DNA of 64,000 nt from Escherichia coli (GTDB lineage: Bacteria > Pseudomonadota > Gammaproteobacteria > Enterobacterales > Enterobacteriaceae): assembly GCF_030013595.1 (NCBI RefSeq), contig NZ_CP122768.1; one strand, given 5' to 3'. The position numbers were made by a program, and so were the translations under genes. The notes beneath the pieces were generated by a model that saw only the letters and a list, made by a program, of their open reading frames with translations, searched no databases and was not told the origin of the DNA. Each line of letters begins with the position of its first letter. Position 1 is the first letter of the stretch. Of this stretch, positions 44,911 through 55,080 are shown piece by piece.

Positions 44911-45960
44911 TCATCCCGGTAACCGACTTTTCGGTCTGCCTGGCCCCAGTAAAATCGCCAGTTTGCTACCGCCTTTCGTAGTTTCCATCCAGATTTTACA
45001 CACGCTGGTTAATGGCACCGAAAGTAGCATCCCTACCGGGCCGAGCAGCCATCCCCAAATTAACAATGAAAGAAATACCACCATGGTGGACATCCCTAGG
45101 CGATGGCCCATCATCCGTGGTTCTAAAATATTGCCGATGACCATATGGACCACTAAAAACAATGCGCCGACCAGAATACATTCGTAAATACCATTAAAAA
45201 GCAGCACCTGAACCATTGGCGGTACGGCGGAAATTACCGCGCCGATATTGGGCACGTAGTTGAGCAAAAACGCCAGTACTGCCCACATCAGCGCAAACTG
45301 TACGCCCATTAGCGCCAGCCCCAGCCAGACGATGACACCTGTCCATAAACTGAGTAGCGTCTTCAATGCAAGATAGTGCGAAACGCCTTTAAGTGCGCGG
45401 TGTAATCCTGCGATGTGAATCTGTGGGTTATTCAGCGCAAAACGCATTTTGTAAGGGACGTGGCGCACTTCAAACAGCATGAAAACTACGGTCATCACCA
45501 GCAAAAGCACGCTCGCCATTGCCCCGGAAAGCCCGGTCATTAGCGCCGTGGTGAAGGTAACCACTTTTTCCGAGTCCATCCGCTGCAGTATTCGCTCCGG
45601 CGACATATGCAAATTAAGAAAAGGCAACATCTCCTGCAATTTAAAAAGTTTGCGCGTCAGCTCCTTATTAAACTTCGGCAGCATAGAGATAAATTCGTTA
45701 AACGATGCCGCCAGTACGCCGACCAGCGCAGTTAGTGCGATCAGCATCACCACCACCACAATCGTAATGGCAACGGGGCGTTGTACTCCCCGACGAATAA
45801 ACCAGGTGACGAGCGGGTTGAGGACGATGGCAAAAAACAGCGCCAGTCACAGCTGCACAATGATATCTGCCGCTGCGTGAATGCCCGCGAGGATCACTAC
45901 CAGCGAGGCCAGCTTGAGCAGAATGTGCATGCCCGTTTTATCGGGTTGAGGGGTTTCCAT
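44911..45960 (-). pseudogene. yhhT: AI-2E/PerM-family transporter YhhT, interrupted by in-frame TGA at codon 38 (45847..45849)
   Basis: N-terminal ORF (METPQPDKTGMHILLK...IIVQL) ends at TGA and the same frame continues directly into the 282-aa downstream ORF; total 349 codons. Confidence 0.7.
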
Positions 45961-46091
45961 TGGGGCTTCCTTGTGACTTTTTGTATTAAGTGTAGCGGGA
46001 GTCACGCCAGCAATATTCTGATTCTTACTGCTGATTTTCACGTCAGCACGTGGTAAAAATGAAACACTGTTGTAAAAATGTGGTGATCCTC

Positions 46092-47309
46092 ATGCCCGAA
46101 CCCGTAGCCGAACCCGCGCTAAACGGATTGCGCCTGAATTTGCGCATTGTCTCCATTGTCATGTTTAACTTCGCCAGCTACCTCACCATCGGGTTGCCGC
46201 TCGCTGTATTACCGGGCTATGTCCATGATGTGATGGGCTTTAGCGCTTTCTGGGCAGGATTGGTTATCAGCCTGCAATATTTCGCCACCTTGCTGAGCCG
46301 CCCTCATGCCGGACGTTACGCCGATTTGCTGGGACCCAAAAAGATTGTCGTCTTCGGTTTATGCGGCTGCTTTTTGAGCGGTCTGGGATATCTGACGGCA
46401 GGATTAACCGCCAGTCTGCCCGTCATCAGCCTGTTATTACTTTGCCTGGGACGCGTGATCCTTGGGATTGGGCAAAGTTTTGCCGGAACGGGATCGACCC
46501 TGTGGGGCGTTGGCGTGGTTGGCTCGCTGCATATCGGGCGGGTGATTTCGTGGAACGGCATTGTCACTTACGGGGCGATGGCGATGGGTGCGCCGTTAGG
46601 TGTCGTGTTTTATCACTGGGGCGGCTTGCAGGCGTTAGCGTTAATCATTATGGGCGTGGCGCTGGTGGCCATTTTGTTGGCGATCCCGCGTCCGACGGTA
46701 AAAGCCAGTAAAGGCAAACCGCTGCCGTTTCGCGCGGTGCTTGGGCGCGTCTGGCTGTACGGCATGGCGCTGGCACTGGCTTCCGCCGGATTTGGCGTTA
46801 TCGCCACTTTTATCACGCTGTTTTATGACGCTAAAGGTTGGGACGGTGCGGCTTTCGCGTTGACGCTGTTTAGCTGTGCGTTTGTCGGTACGCGTTTGTT
46901 ATTCCCTAACGGCATTAACCGTATCGGCGGCTTAAACGTAGCGATGATTTGCTTTAGCGTTGAGATAATCGGCCTGCTACTGGTTGGCGTGGCGACTATG
47001 CCGTGGATGGCGAAAATCGGCGTCTTACTCGCGGGGGCGGGGTTTTCGCTGGTATTCCCGGCATTGGGCGTAGTGGCGGTAAAAGCGGTTCCGCAGCAAA
47101 ATCAGGGGGCGGCGCTGGCAACCTACACCGTATTTATGGATTTATCGCTTGGCGTGACCGGACCACTGGCTGGGCTGGTGATGAGCTGGGCGGGCGTACC
47201 GGTGATTTATCTGGCGGCGGCGGGACTGGTCGCAATCGCGTTATTACTGACGTGGCGATTAAAAAAACGGCCTCCGGAACACGTCCCTGAGGCCGCCTCA
47301 TCATCTTAA
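46092..47309 (+). CDS. yhhS: MFS transporter
   Basis: 405 aa from MPEPVAEPALNGLRL; 12-TM MFS-like. Confidence 0.85.
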   Translation: MPEPVAEPALNGLRLNLRIVSIVMFNFASYLTIGLPLAVLPGYVHDVMGFSAFWAGLVISLQYFATLLSRPHAGRYADLLGPKKIVVFGLCGCFLSGLGYLTAGLTASLPVISLLLLCLGRVILGIGQSFAGTGSTLWGVGVVGSLHIGRVISWNGIVTYGAMAMGAPLGVVFYHWGGLQALALIIMGVALVAILLAIPRPTVKASKGKPLPFRAVLGRVWLYGMALALASAGFGVIATFITLFYDAKGWDGAAFALTLFSCAFVGTRLLFPNGINRIGGLNVAMICFSVEIIGLLLVGVATMPWMAKIGVLLAGAGFSLVFPALGVVAVKAVPQQNQGAALATYTVFMDLSLGVTGPLAGLVMSWAGVPVIYLAAAGLVAIALLLTWRLKKRPPEHVPEAASSS

Positions 47310-47312
47310 AAC

Positions 47313-47870
47313 TTACTGAATAACCAGCGTATTAATGATGTTTTCTGCGGTGGTCTGCGCTTTTTGCTGATCGTCAGCGGGCAGCGTAATTTGCATGGTC
47401 AGCAGTTGATTACCCACGTTACCCAGAATAACGGAAGAGTACGCCGTCTGGCCTTTCGCGGAGATAATGCTGTCTAACTGCTGCATTTTGTGACCTTTCA
47501 GCTCAATGGCTTTATTGGTTACCACTTGCAGCTGCGGATCGCGGCTACGTTGCTGATCTTCCAGACGCTTCGCCAACACCGCCAGATCTTCTTTCGGATC
47601 ATCGCCCATGATGACGATGACTGCTTTCTGCCCGGTGGCGTCGGACCAGACATGCATGTTATTGGCCTGCGTTCCCAGCTTACCGCTCTGGTCGGTCATA
47701 TCCGCTGGCAGCGAGAAACTTAACTTGCCATCAAGCAGGTTGACGGGATTTGCGGCAGCATTACTTTCCGCGACCGAACCCTGCGCCGTAGCGTTAGTGT
47801 CTTTATCATCACAGGCCGCAAGCCCCATAACCAGCAGGCCAATTCCGACATATTTAACCAGATTGCGCAT
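47313..47870 (-). CDS. dcrB: Periplasmic lipoprotein DcrB
   Basis: 185 aa from [22 protein letters not shown] (lipobox). Confidence 0.85.
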   Translation of the reverse strand: MRNLVKYVGIGLLVMGLAACDDKDTNATAQGSVAESNAAANPVNLLDGKLSFSLPADMTDQSGKLGTQANNMHVWSDATGQKAVIVIMGDDPKEDLAVLAKRLEDQQRSRDPQLQVVTNKAIELKGHKMQQLDSIISAKGQTAYSSVILGNVGNQLLTMQITLPADDQQKAQTTAENIINTLVIQ

Positions 47871-47942
47871 TGACTTCTTCCTTTCGATAAACGGCCATAA
47901 CGGCTCATTCATCCATCTTATCACAACTCTGATAACGAACCT

Positions 47943-48608
47943 TTAACTCGCCTGCAAAGCGTTGATTTCAGATTTATCTGCCAGTCTTTTCAACAGCATA
48001 TTGAGTAATACGCCATACATTGGCAGGAAGAAAACGATACTGATTAACACTTTGAAACAGTAATCGACCAGCGCGATTTCCATCCAGTGTTCAGCCATAA
48101 AGGCATCGGGGCTACGCCAGAAGGCAATGAAGAAGAAGGCCAGCGTGTCGCTGACGTTACCGAACAGTGTGGACGCTGTCGGTGCCAGCCACCAGCGGCG
48201 ACTCTGACGCAGGCGGTTAAAAACGTGCACGTCGAGGATCTGGCCCAGCGCGTAGGCCATGAAACTGGCGGTGGCGATACGGGCGACAAACAGGTTGAAG
48301 TGAGCGAGTGCGCCGAATCCCTGCCAGGAGCCCATATAGAACAGCGACGAGATGACGTAGGAGATCAGCAACGCCGGGATCATCACCGCAAAGATGATAC
48401 GACGGGCCAGCGGTGCGCCAAAAATACGCACGGTCAGGTCGGTAGCAAGGAAAATAAACGGAAAGCTAAACGCGCCCCAGGTGGTATGGAAACCAAAAAT
48501 GGAGACGGGAAGCTGAACCAGATAGTTACTGGAGGTGATCACCAGAAGATGAAATAACGATAACCAGAACAACGCCTTATAGCGTTGAGTTTGCGAGAAA
48601 ACGTTCAT
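47943..48608 (-). CDS. yhhQ: Queuosine precursor transporter (YhhQ family)
   Basis: 221 aa polytopic membrane protein. Confidence 0.85.
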   Translation of the reverse strand: MNVFSQTQRYKALFWLSLFHLLVITSSNYLVQLPVSIFGFHTTWGAFSFPFIFLATDLTVRIFGAPLARRIIFAVMIPALLISYVISSLFYMGSWQGFGALAHFNLFVARIATASFMAYALGQILDVHVFNRLRQSRRWWLAPTASTLFGNVSDTLAFFFIAFWRSPDAFMAEHWMEIALVDYCFKVLISIVFFLPMYGVLLNMLLKRLADKSEINALQAS

Positions 48609-48828
48609 ATTGTACCTTTTTGATTAACCATTGGGGTGAGGGAACCCAATACGTACGACACGTCTGTTACCTTAACATAATAACGTGCTGACCCTTTTTT
48701 CGAGCCGCCGCATGATACTGCTTTACGTTGACAATGCAATGGTTAATTTTCACGCAATCGTTAACCTGGTTTGCTTACGGACTCACAGGGCGTAAACTAG
48801 CGCCGTTTTTTTATGTGATGAGAAGAAA

Positions 48829-49074
48829 ATGACCGATCTCTTTTCCAGCCCTGACCACACACTCGACGCACTTGGCCTGCGCTGCCCGGAACCAGTAATG
48901 ATGGTGCGCAAAACAGTGCGCAATATGCAGCCAGGTGAAACGTTGCTGATTATTGCTGACGATCCGGCGACGACCCGCGATATTCCTGGGTTTTGTACCT
49001 TTATGGAACACGAATTGGTTGCGAAAGAGACGGATGGACTGCCTTATCGTTATTTGATTCGTAAAGGCGGTTGA
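48829..49074 (+). CDS. tusA: Sulfur carrier protein TusA
   Basis: 81 aa with conserved LRCPEPVMM active-site Cys motif. Confidence 0.95.
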
Positions 49075-49175
49075 TGGGGGCAGATTGGCTTCGATGCCGC
49101 CTTTTCCCCTCACCCTAACCCTCTCCCCAGAGGAGCGAGGGGACCGATCGCGCTCAATGTTGCGATCGGTTTGCC

Positions 49176-51374
49176 TTATTTCCTGCGCAACAGCCTTAAC
49201 GCATTCGCCGTCACCAGCACCGTCGCACCGGTATCTGCCAGCACTGCCAGCCACAGTCCGGTCATCCCTAACAGCGTCGTGACGAGGAAAACACCCTTCA
49301 GCCCCAGCGCAATAGTGATGTTCTGGCGGATATTGGCGTGAGTGGCGCGTGCCAGTTCAATCATTTGCACCAGGCCGCGCAGGTGGTTATGGGTTAATGC
49401 TGCATCGGCGGTTTCCAGCGCCACGTCTGTGCCGCTACCCATTGCAATCCCGATGGCGGCAGCTTTCATCGCTGGCGCGTCGTTAATACCATCACCGACC
49501 ATCGCCAGCGGCGCATGTTGATTCAGCTCGGTCACCGCTTTGACTTTATCTTCCGGCAACAGGCCCGCTTTAAATTCCAGCCCCAGTTCCCCGGCGATTG
49601 CCGCCGCTGCGCGTGGATTATCGCCGGTGAGGATCACTCCTTTAACCCCCAGCGCGTTCAGTTCACTGATAGCAGTTGCAGCATCGGCGCGCAGGGTATC
49701 CTGCAACGCAATGATACCCAGCACGTCATCATTACGTACTACCAGCACTACCGTTTGCCCGGCGCTTTCCAGTTCATTAATCAAACCAGCAAATGCAACA
49801 GCCGGATGTTTTCCGGCAGCGCATATCAACACGCGCTCACCGTTAACCTGCGCTTCAATGCCAGACCCAACCAGCGCCCGCTGTGATTGGGCGGCGGGAA
49901 TGGCGAGTTCAGCAACCTGTGCTTCGCGCACAATGGCTTGCGCCAGTGGATGCGTCGCGCCTTGCTCGACCGCCGCTGCCAGTGTCAGCAGTTCGGATTC
50001 ACTAATACCCGTTGCCGGATGAATCGCGGTAACGCGCGGTTTACCGACGGTCAGCGTACCGGTTTTATCAAACGCCACCTGGGTAACACGACCCAGTTGT
50101 TCCAGCGCCGCTCCGCCTTTAATTAACGCCCCACGACGCGCTGCTGCTGCCAGCCCGGAGGTAATCGCCGCAGGCGTTGAGATAACTAACGCACACGGGC
50201 AGCCAATCAGCAGCAGCGTCAGCCCTTTATAAATCCACTCCTGCCAGCTGGCGGCAAACAGCAGCGGTGGCACCAGCGTCACCAGCAGAGCGACGGCCAT
50301 AATCGCGGGCGTATAGATACGGCTGAAACGGTCGATAAACCGCTCAATGGGTGCGCGACGCTCTTCGGCTTCTTCGATCAGTTTCAGAATCCGGTCAATG
50401 GCGCTGGCACCCGGTTCTGACAGCACTTCCAGCGTTACCAGACGGTCTACGCTGGTGGCACCAGCAGGGACTTTATCGCCCGTTGCGCGCTCCACCGGAA
50501 TGGATTCGCCGGTCAGGGCGCTTTCATCAAAACTGGCAAACGGTGAGAGCAGTTTACCGTCGGCAGGCAAACGTCCACCTGCGGCGACTTCAATCACATC
50601 GCCAGGGCGCAGGCTGTTAATCGCCACCTCTTCACGCTCACCGTTACGCAGGCGCGTGGCGGTTTCCGGTTTCAGCGCCATTAACGCGCTAACGCCCTGA
50701 CGCGCGCGGCTGGCGGCCCAGCCTTCCAGTCGTTCACCAATCAAAAACAGCAGCAACACCATCGCAGCTTCAGCCGTTGCGCCAATAAACAGCGCACCAA
50801 TAGCGGCTACGCTCATTAAGGTTTCAATGGCGAAGTAGCTGCCGGATTTGATCAGCCGTAATGCCTGACGAGCAATCGGGTACAGCCCAACCAGCGTGGT
50901 CGCGATAAACGCCAGTTGCCCGAACGGATGATTGAACTGCTCCAGCCCCCAACTGATTGCCATCAACACGATTAGCGTAATCAGCGGCAAATTCTCTTTC
51001 AGGCGTGATGTTTGCGGTTCGTCGGCGGACTGTTCATCGCGCAGGGAATAGCCCGCTTTTTGCACCGCAGATTCAACTTGTGCACGAATGTCATTGTCGG
51101 CATCGACCACCAGTTTTTCGGTGGCGAACAACACCTGCACCTGATTCACGCCTGCAAGCTGGCGCACGGCATTTTCTACCTTGCGCGCACAGGCGGCGCA
51201 GTCCATGCCGCTGACTTTCCAGCTATAGCGGGTGCCGGAGACGTTTTCAGAGAGCGTTGGCGTGCTGGAACATGCGCCGTCGCAGCAACAGTCGTTGGCG
51301 TTCTGTACCGTGGTTAGCGGTTTGAACGCAGCAAATTGAGGGGCTTTCTTGCCGTGATTGTCAGGAGTCGACAT
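49176..51374 (-). CDS. zntA: Zn/Cd/Pb-translocating P-type ATPase
   Basis: 732 aa with GMDCAAC metal-binding motif, CPC transduction motif and DKTGTLT phosphorylation site. Confidence 0.95.
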   Translation of the reverse strand: MSTPDNHGKKAPQFAAFKPLTTVQNANDCCCDGACSSTPTLSENVSGTRYSWKVSGMDCAACARKVENAVRQLAGVNQVQVLFATEKLVVDADNDIRAQVESAVQKAGYSLRDEQSADEPQTSRLKENLPLITLIVLMAISWGLEQFNHPFGQLAFIATTLVGLYPIARQALRLIKSGSYFAIETLMSVAAIGALFIGATAEAAMVLLLFLIGERLEGWAASRARQGVSALMALKPETATRLRNGEREEVAINSLRPGDVIEVAAGGRLPADGKLLSPFASFDESALTGESIPVERATGDKVPAGATSVDRLVTLEVLSEPGASAIDRILKLIEEAEERRAPIERFIDRFSRIYTPAIMAVALLVTLVPPLLFAASWQEWIYKGLTLLLIGCPCALVISTPAAITSGLAAAARRGALIKGGAALEQLGRVTQVAFDKTGTLTVGKPRVTAIHPATGISESELLTLAAAVEQGATHPLAQAIVREAQVAELAIPAAQSQRALVGSGIEAQVNGERVLICAAGKHPAVAFAGLINELESAGQTVVLVVRNDDVLGIIALQDTLRADAATAISELNALGVKGVILTGDNPRAAAAIAGELGLEFKAGLLPEDKVKAVTELNQHAPLAMVGDGINDAPAMKAAAIGIAMGSGTDVALETADAALTHNHLRGLVQMIELARATHANIRQNITIALGLKGVFLVTTLLGMTGLWLAVLADTGATVLVTANALRLLRRK

Positions 51375-51416
51375 GGCATCCTCCGGTTAAGTTTTTTCTC
51401 ATTAACCGAAGGATAC

Positions 51417-51438
51417 ACTCTGGAGTCGACTCCAGAGT
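51417..51438 (-). promoter_or_regulatory. ZntR (MerR-family) operator within the zntA promoter spacer
   Basis: Perfect 22-bp palindrome actctggagtcgactccagagt between -35 TTGACT and a -10-like hexamer with 20-bp spacing, upstream of the zntA start. Confidence 0.75.
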
Positions 51439-51447
51439 CAAGTTTTA

Positions 51448-52074
51448 TCAGAGATACAGCGAGCGGACGATGAGGAAATGACCGGCAAAGTAGCAGGCCG
51501 CAGCAATCGCGTTATCCGCACGGAAGCGGCGGCGATAGTGGCTCCCCAGCCAGACAAAGTTACTGATAAACAGCAACGAAGCGCCAACAAACGCAGAGAG
51601 CGCCGGAGCGGTCGGACGGAAGAACCAAAGTTCACCTGCCAGCCACACCATCACCAGCGTCATGCCGATAAACGTGCAGATAGGCCAACGGTACTCTTCC
51701 AGCCGCGTCCAGATAATCGCCAGTAACAGCGCACCCAGAACCAGCAACACCAGTGGCAGAGGCCAGAAGAAAGAGAGCGTCATCTGACTGGCGAAATAGA
51801 TGGTGTACAGCAGGTGCGAGAGGAAAAACGCGCCGATGGCGTACATCAGACGTTGACGTGGCAACAGGGTTAGCGCATCGCCCAGCAGTGAGGCGCACAG
51901 CCCCGCCAGCACCAGATAGCTAATGGCGTCGAACATCGGCGCTTGCCAGGCCAGTAACAGCAGGAGAAGAAGGGTTAACGGTTTAAACACCCAGCGTTGC
52001 CAGGTTGGCCCACGATACGATGCATCCACAGATAGCCATGCGGAAAGACAGACAGCGATAAACGACCAAAGCAT
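51448..52074 (-). CDS. yhhN: Inner membrane protein YhhN
   Basis: 208 aa polytopic membrane ORF. Confidence 0.8.
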
Positions 52075-52214
52075 CTTAGTTCCTTGAATTCGTTATTTTT
52101 TCGTAAGCGGAATGCCTACGGTCTTGCTTCCAGTTTAGTGGCGAGGGTGGACGGATGACAACACCATAACTGGCAGGGTATGCTTAATTCCGCATTTTCC
52201 GATGAGGGATAAAG

Positions 52215-52574
52215 ATGAGCAAACCACCTCTTTTCTTTATTGTTATCATTGGCTTAATCATCGTCGCCGCATCGTTTCGTTTTATGCAACAACGACGGGA
52301 AAAAGCTGATAATGATATGGCTCCGCTCCAGCAAAAGCTGGTGGTGGTGAGCAACAAGCGGGAAAACCCGATTAACGATCGCCGTTCGCGCCAGCAGGAA
52401 GTGACTCCGGCAGGCACCAGTATGCGCTATGAGGCAAGCTTCAAACCGCAAAGCGGAGGAATGGAGCAGACGTTTCGCCTCGACGCCCAGCAGTACCACG
52501 CCCTGACAGTGGGCGATAAAGGTACGCTGAGCTATAAAGGAACGCGCTTTGTCAGCTTTGTTGGCGAACAATAA
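52215..52574 (+). CDS. yhhM: DUF2500-family membrane-anchored protein YhhM
   Basis: 119 aa with N-terminal TM segment. Confidence 0.8.
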   Translation: MSKPPLFFIVIIGLIIVAASFRFMQQRREKADNDMAPLQQKLVVVSNKRENPINDRRSRQQEVTPAGTSMRYEASFKPQSGGMEQTFRLDAQQYHALTVGDKGTLSYKGTRFVSFVGEQ

Positions 52575-52576
52575 GG

Positions 52577-52846
52577 TTATTTTTTAACTTTAAATTTCTT
52601 CTGCCAGACCAACAGTTCAAACACGCCGAAAAGGAAAATCCGCACCTTTTCGGCGGTGGTCATCTGCGGGCCATCTTTCGGTAAAGTGGATTTCAATAGC
52701 GCCAGTTGCATACCATGCATCAGCACGGTAAAAATCAGCGCCACGTTAACGAAAATATTCAGCGGGCGCGGGAAGGGATGCACCAGATTGAGGATTAAAA
52801 ATCCCCAAACGCAGAGCATTAACAAACGACCAATATTAATCAGCAT
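52577..52846 (-). CDS. yhhL: Small inner membrane protein YhhL (DUF1145)
   Basis: 89 aa from MLINIGRLLMLCVWGFLILNL; start overlaps rsmD stop. Confidence 0.75.
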   Translation of the reverse strand: MLINIGRLLMLCVWGFLILNLVHPFPRPLNIFVNVALIFTVLMHGMQLALLKSTLPKDGPQMTTAEKVRIFLFGVFELLVWQKKFKVKK

Positions 52847-53432
52847 CACTTTCTCCTTGTGCTTCGCGTTGATACAGCCGATAAGCCACCTGACCCGCCA
52901 CTTTTTCCCGATGTAATGACCAGTTTGCCGGAACAGTGGGCAGACCGTTTTCGACTTCGCTTTCGACATAAATCAGGGCTTCGTCAGCCAGCCAGCCGTT
53001 ATCTTCCAGTAAATTTATCGTCTCTTCTAACAAGCCACGGCGGAACGGTGGATCGACAAACACGATATTATGCGGTGTGCCTTTTTGCGCCAGGAATGAC
53101 ATCGCGTTGCTGTTCACCACGCGTGCATTGCCTGCTTTTAGTGTCGCCAGATTCTTAATTAACTGCTGAGAAACTGCACGATCCATCTCAATCAACGTGG
53201 CCCCCGCAGCGTAGCGCGATAACGCTTCCAGCCCCAGCGCGCCGCTCCCGGCGAAGCAATCCAGACATTGGGCGTCAACAATGACCGGAGCCAGCCAGTT
53301 AAACAACGTTTCGCGTACGCGGTCGGTGGTGGGCCGCAGACCTGGGCTATCAGGAACCGGGAGTTTACGGCCTCGCCACTGCCCGCCAATAATGCGGATT
53401 TGGCCGCTGCCGGAATGATTCGGTTTTTTCAT
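52836..53432 (-). CDS. rsmD: 16S rRNA m2G966 methyltransferase
   Basis: 198 aa with SAM-binding DCFAGSGALG motif. Confidence 0.9.
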   Translation of the reverse strand: MKKPNHSGSGQIRIIGGQWRGRKLPVPDSPGLRPTTDRVRETLFNWLAPVIVDAQCLDCFAGSGALGLEALSRYAAGATLIEMDRAVSQQLIKNLATLKAGNARVVNSNAMSFLAQKGTPHNIVFVDPPFRRGLLEETINLLEDNGWLADEALIYVESEVENGLPTVPANWSLHREKVAGQVAYRLYQREAQGESDAD

Positions 53433-53581
53433 GATAAATTGCTCAATCCGCCAGATAACACATACTTGCAGGCGGTGATGTGAATTAAGTTAAGTGATAG
53501 ACTATTTCATCATTTTTTTAGCTGCTATGTACATAGCGTTAACGCTGTGCCATGAAGCAACAGCGAGGAGTGTAGTCGCAA

Positions 53582-55078
53582 ATGGCGAAAGAAAAAAAAC
53601 GTGGCTTTTTTTCCTGGCTGGGCTTTGGTCAAAAAGAGCAGACCCCGGAAAAAGAGACAGAAGTTCAGAATGAACAACCAGTTGTAGAAGAAATCGTTCA
53701 GGCGCAAGAGCTTGCGAAGGCTTCTGAACAAGCCGTTGAAGAGCAGCCGCAGGCGCATACTGAGGCCGAGGCGGAAACTTTTGCTGCCGACGTTGTGGAA
53801 GTCACTGAACAGGTTGCTGAAAGTGAAAAAGCGCAGCCTGAAGCGGAAGTCGTTGCACAGCCGGAACCGGTCGTAGAAGAAACGCCGGAGCCAGTGGCTA
53901 TCGAACGTGAAGAGCTGCCGTTGCCGGAGGACGTCAACGCCGAAGAGGTTTCGCCAGAAGAGTGGCAGGCTGAAGCGGAAACCGTAGAGATTGTCGAAGC
54001 GGCGGAAGAAGAAGCGGCTAAAGAAGAAATCACCGACGAAGAGCTGGAAGCACAGGCGCTGGCTGCCGAAGCGGCAGAAGAGGCGGTGATGGTGGTTCCT
54101 CCGGCAGAAGAAGAGCAGCCGGTGGAAGAAATCGCTCAGGAGCAGGAAAAACCGACCAAAGAAGGTTTCTTCGCGCGCCTGAAACGCAGCCTGTTAAAAA
54201 CCAAAGAAAATCTTGGTTCCGGATTTATCAGCCTGTTCCGCGGTAAAAAAATCGACGATGATCTGTTTGAAGAGCTGGAAGAACAGCTGTTGATCGCCGA
54301 TGTGGGCGTGGAAACCACACGTAAAATTATCACCAATCTGACTGAAGGCGCATCCCGCAAGCAGCTTCGTGATGCCGAGGCGCTCTATGGCCTGCTGAAA
54401 GAAGAGATGGGCGAGATTCTGGCGAAAGTCGATGAGCCGCTGAATGTTGAAGGTAAAACGCCGTTCGTGATCCTGATGGTGGGCGTCAACGGTGTGGGTA
54501 AAACCACGACGATTGGTAAGCTGGCACGTCAGTTTGAGCAGCAGGGTAAATCGGTGATGCTGGCGGCGGGCGATACTTTCCGTGCGGCAGCGGTTGAACA
54601 GCTTCAGGTCTGGGGTCAGCGCAACAATATTCCGGTGATTGCCCAGCATACCGGTGCGGATTCCGCCTCTGTTATCTTCGACGCCATTCAGGCAGCTAAA
54701 GCGCGTAATATCGACGTCCTGATTGCCGATACCGCCGGACGCCTGCAGAACAAATCGCACCTGATGGAAGAGTTGAAGAAAATCGTCCGCGTGATGAAGA
54801 AACTCGACGTTGAAGCGCCGCATGAAGTTATGCTGACTATTGATGCCAGCACCGGGCAGAACGCGGTAAGCCAGGCCAAACTGTTCCACGAAGCCGTTGG
54901 CTTAACCGGCATCACGCTAACGAAACTGGACGGCACGGCGAAAGGCGGGGTAATTTTCTCGGTGGCTGACCAGTTTGGTATCCCTATCCGCTACATTGGT
55001 GTCGGCGAACGTATTGAGGATTTGCGTCCGTTTAAGGCGGATGACTTTATAGAGGCACTTTTTGCCCGAGAGGATTAA
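53582..55078 (+). CDS. ftsY: Signal recognition particle receptor
   Basis: 498 aa; acidic Glu/Ala-rich N-terminal domain then NG GTPase domain (GVNGVGKTTT, DTAGR). Confidence 0.95.
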   Translation: MAKEKKRGFFSWLGFGQKEQTPEKETEVQNEQPVVEEIVQAQELAKASEQAVEEQPQAHTEAEAETFAADVVEVTEQVAESEKAQPEAEVVAQPEPVVEETPEPVAIEREELPLPEDVNAEEVSPEEWQAEAETVEIVEAAEEEAAKEEITDEELEAQALAAEAAEEAVMVVPPAEEEQPVEEIAQEQEKPTKEGFFARLKRSLLKTKENLGSGFISLFRGKKIDDDLFEELEEQLLIADVGVETTRKIITNLTEGASRKQLRDAEALYGLLKEEMGEILAKVDEPLNVEGKTPFVILMVGVNGVGKTTTIGKLARQFEQQGKSVMLAAGDTFRAAAVEQLQVWGQRNNIPVIAQHTGADSASVIFDAIQAAKARNIDVLIADTAGRLQNKSHLMEELKKIVRVMKKLDVEAPHEVMLTIDASTGQNAVSQAKLFHEAVGLTGITLTKLDGTAKGGVIFSVADQFGIPIRYIGVGERIEDLRPFKADDFIEALFARED

Positions 55079-55080
55079 CA

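Noticed and set aside
45847-45849. TGA in yhhT as a possible selenocysteine codon
   Set aside because: No SECIS-like stem-loop immediately downstream and the adjacent context points to a Trp codon at this position; treated as a nonsense mutation.
49515-50700. Several plus-strand ORFs (about 80 to 160 aa) inside zntA
   Set aside because: All antisense to the P-type ATPase gene; low-complexity Ala/Ser/Arg-rich translations.
53650-54150. Glu/Ala-rich repetitive DNA that superficially resembles a tandem repeat
   Set aside because: It encodes the native acidic N-terminal A-domain of FtsY in frame; not a repeat element or CRISPR array.
54194-54889. 231-aa minus-strand ORF inside ftsY
   Set aside because: Antisense to the conserved FtsY GTPase domain; shadow ORF.
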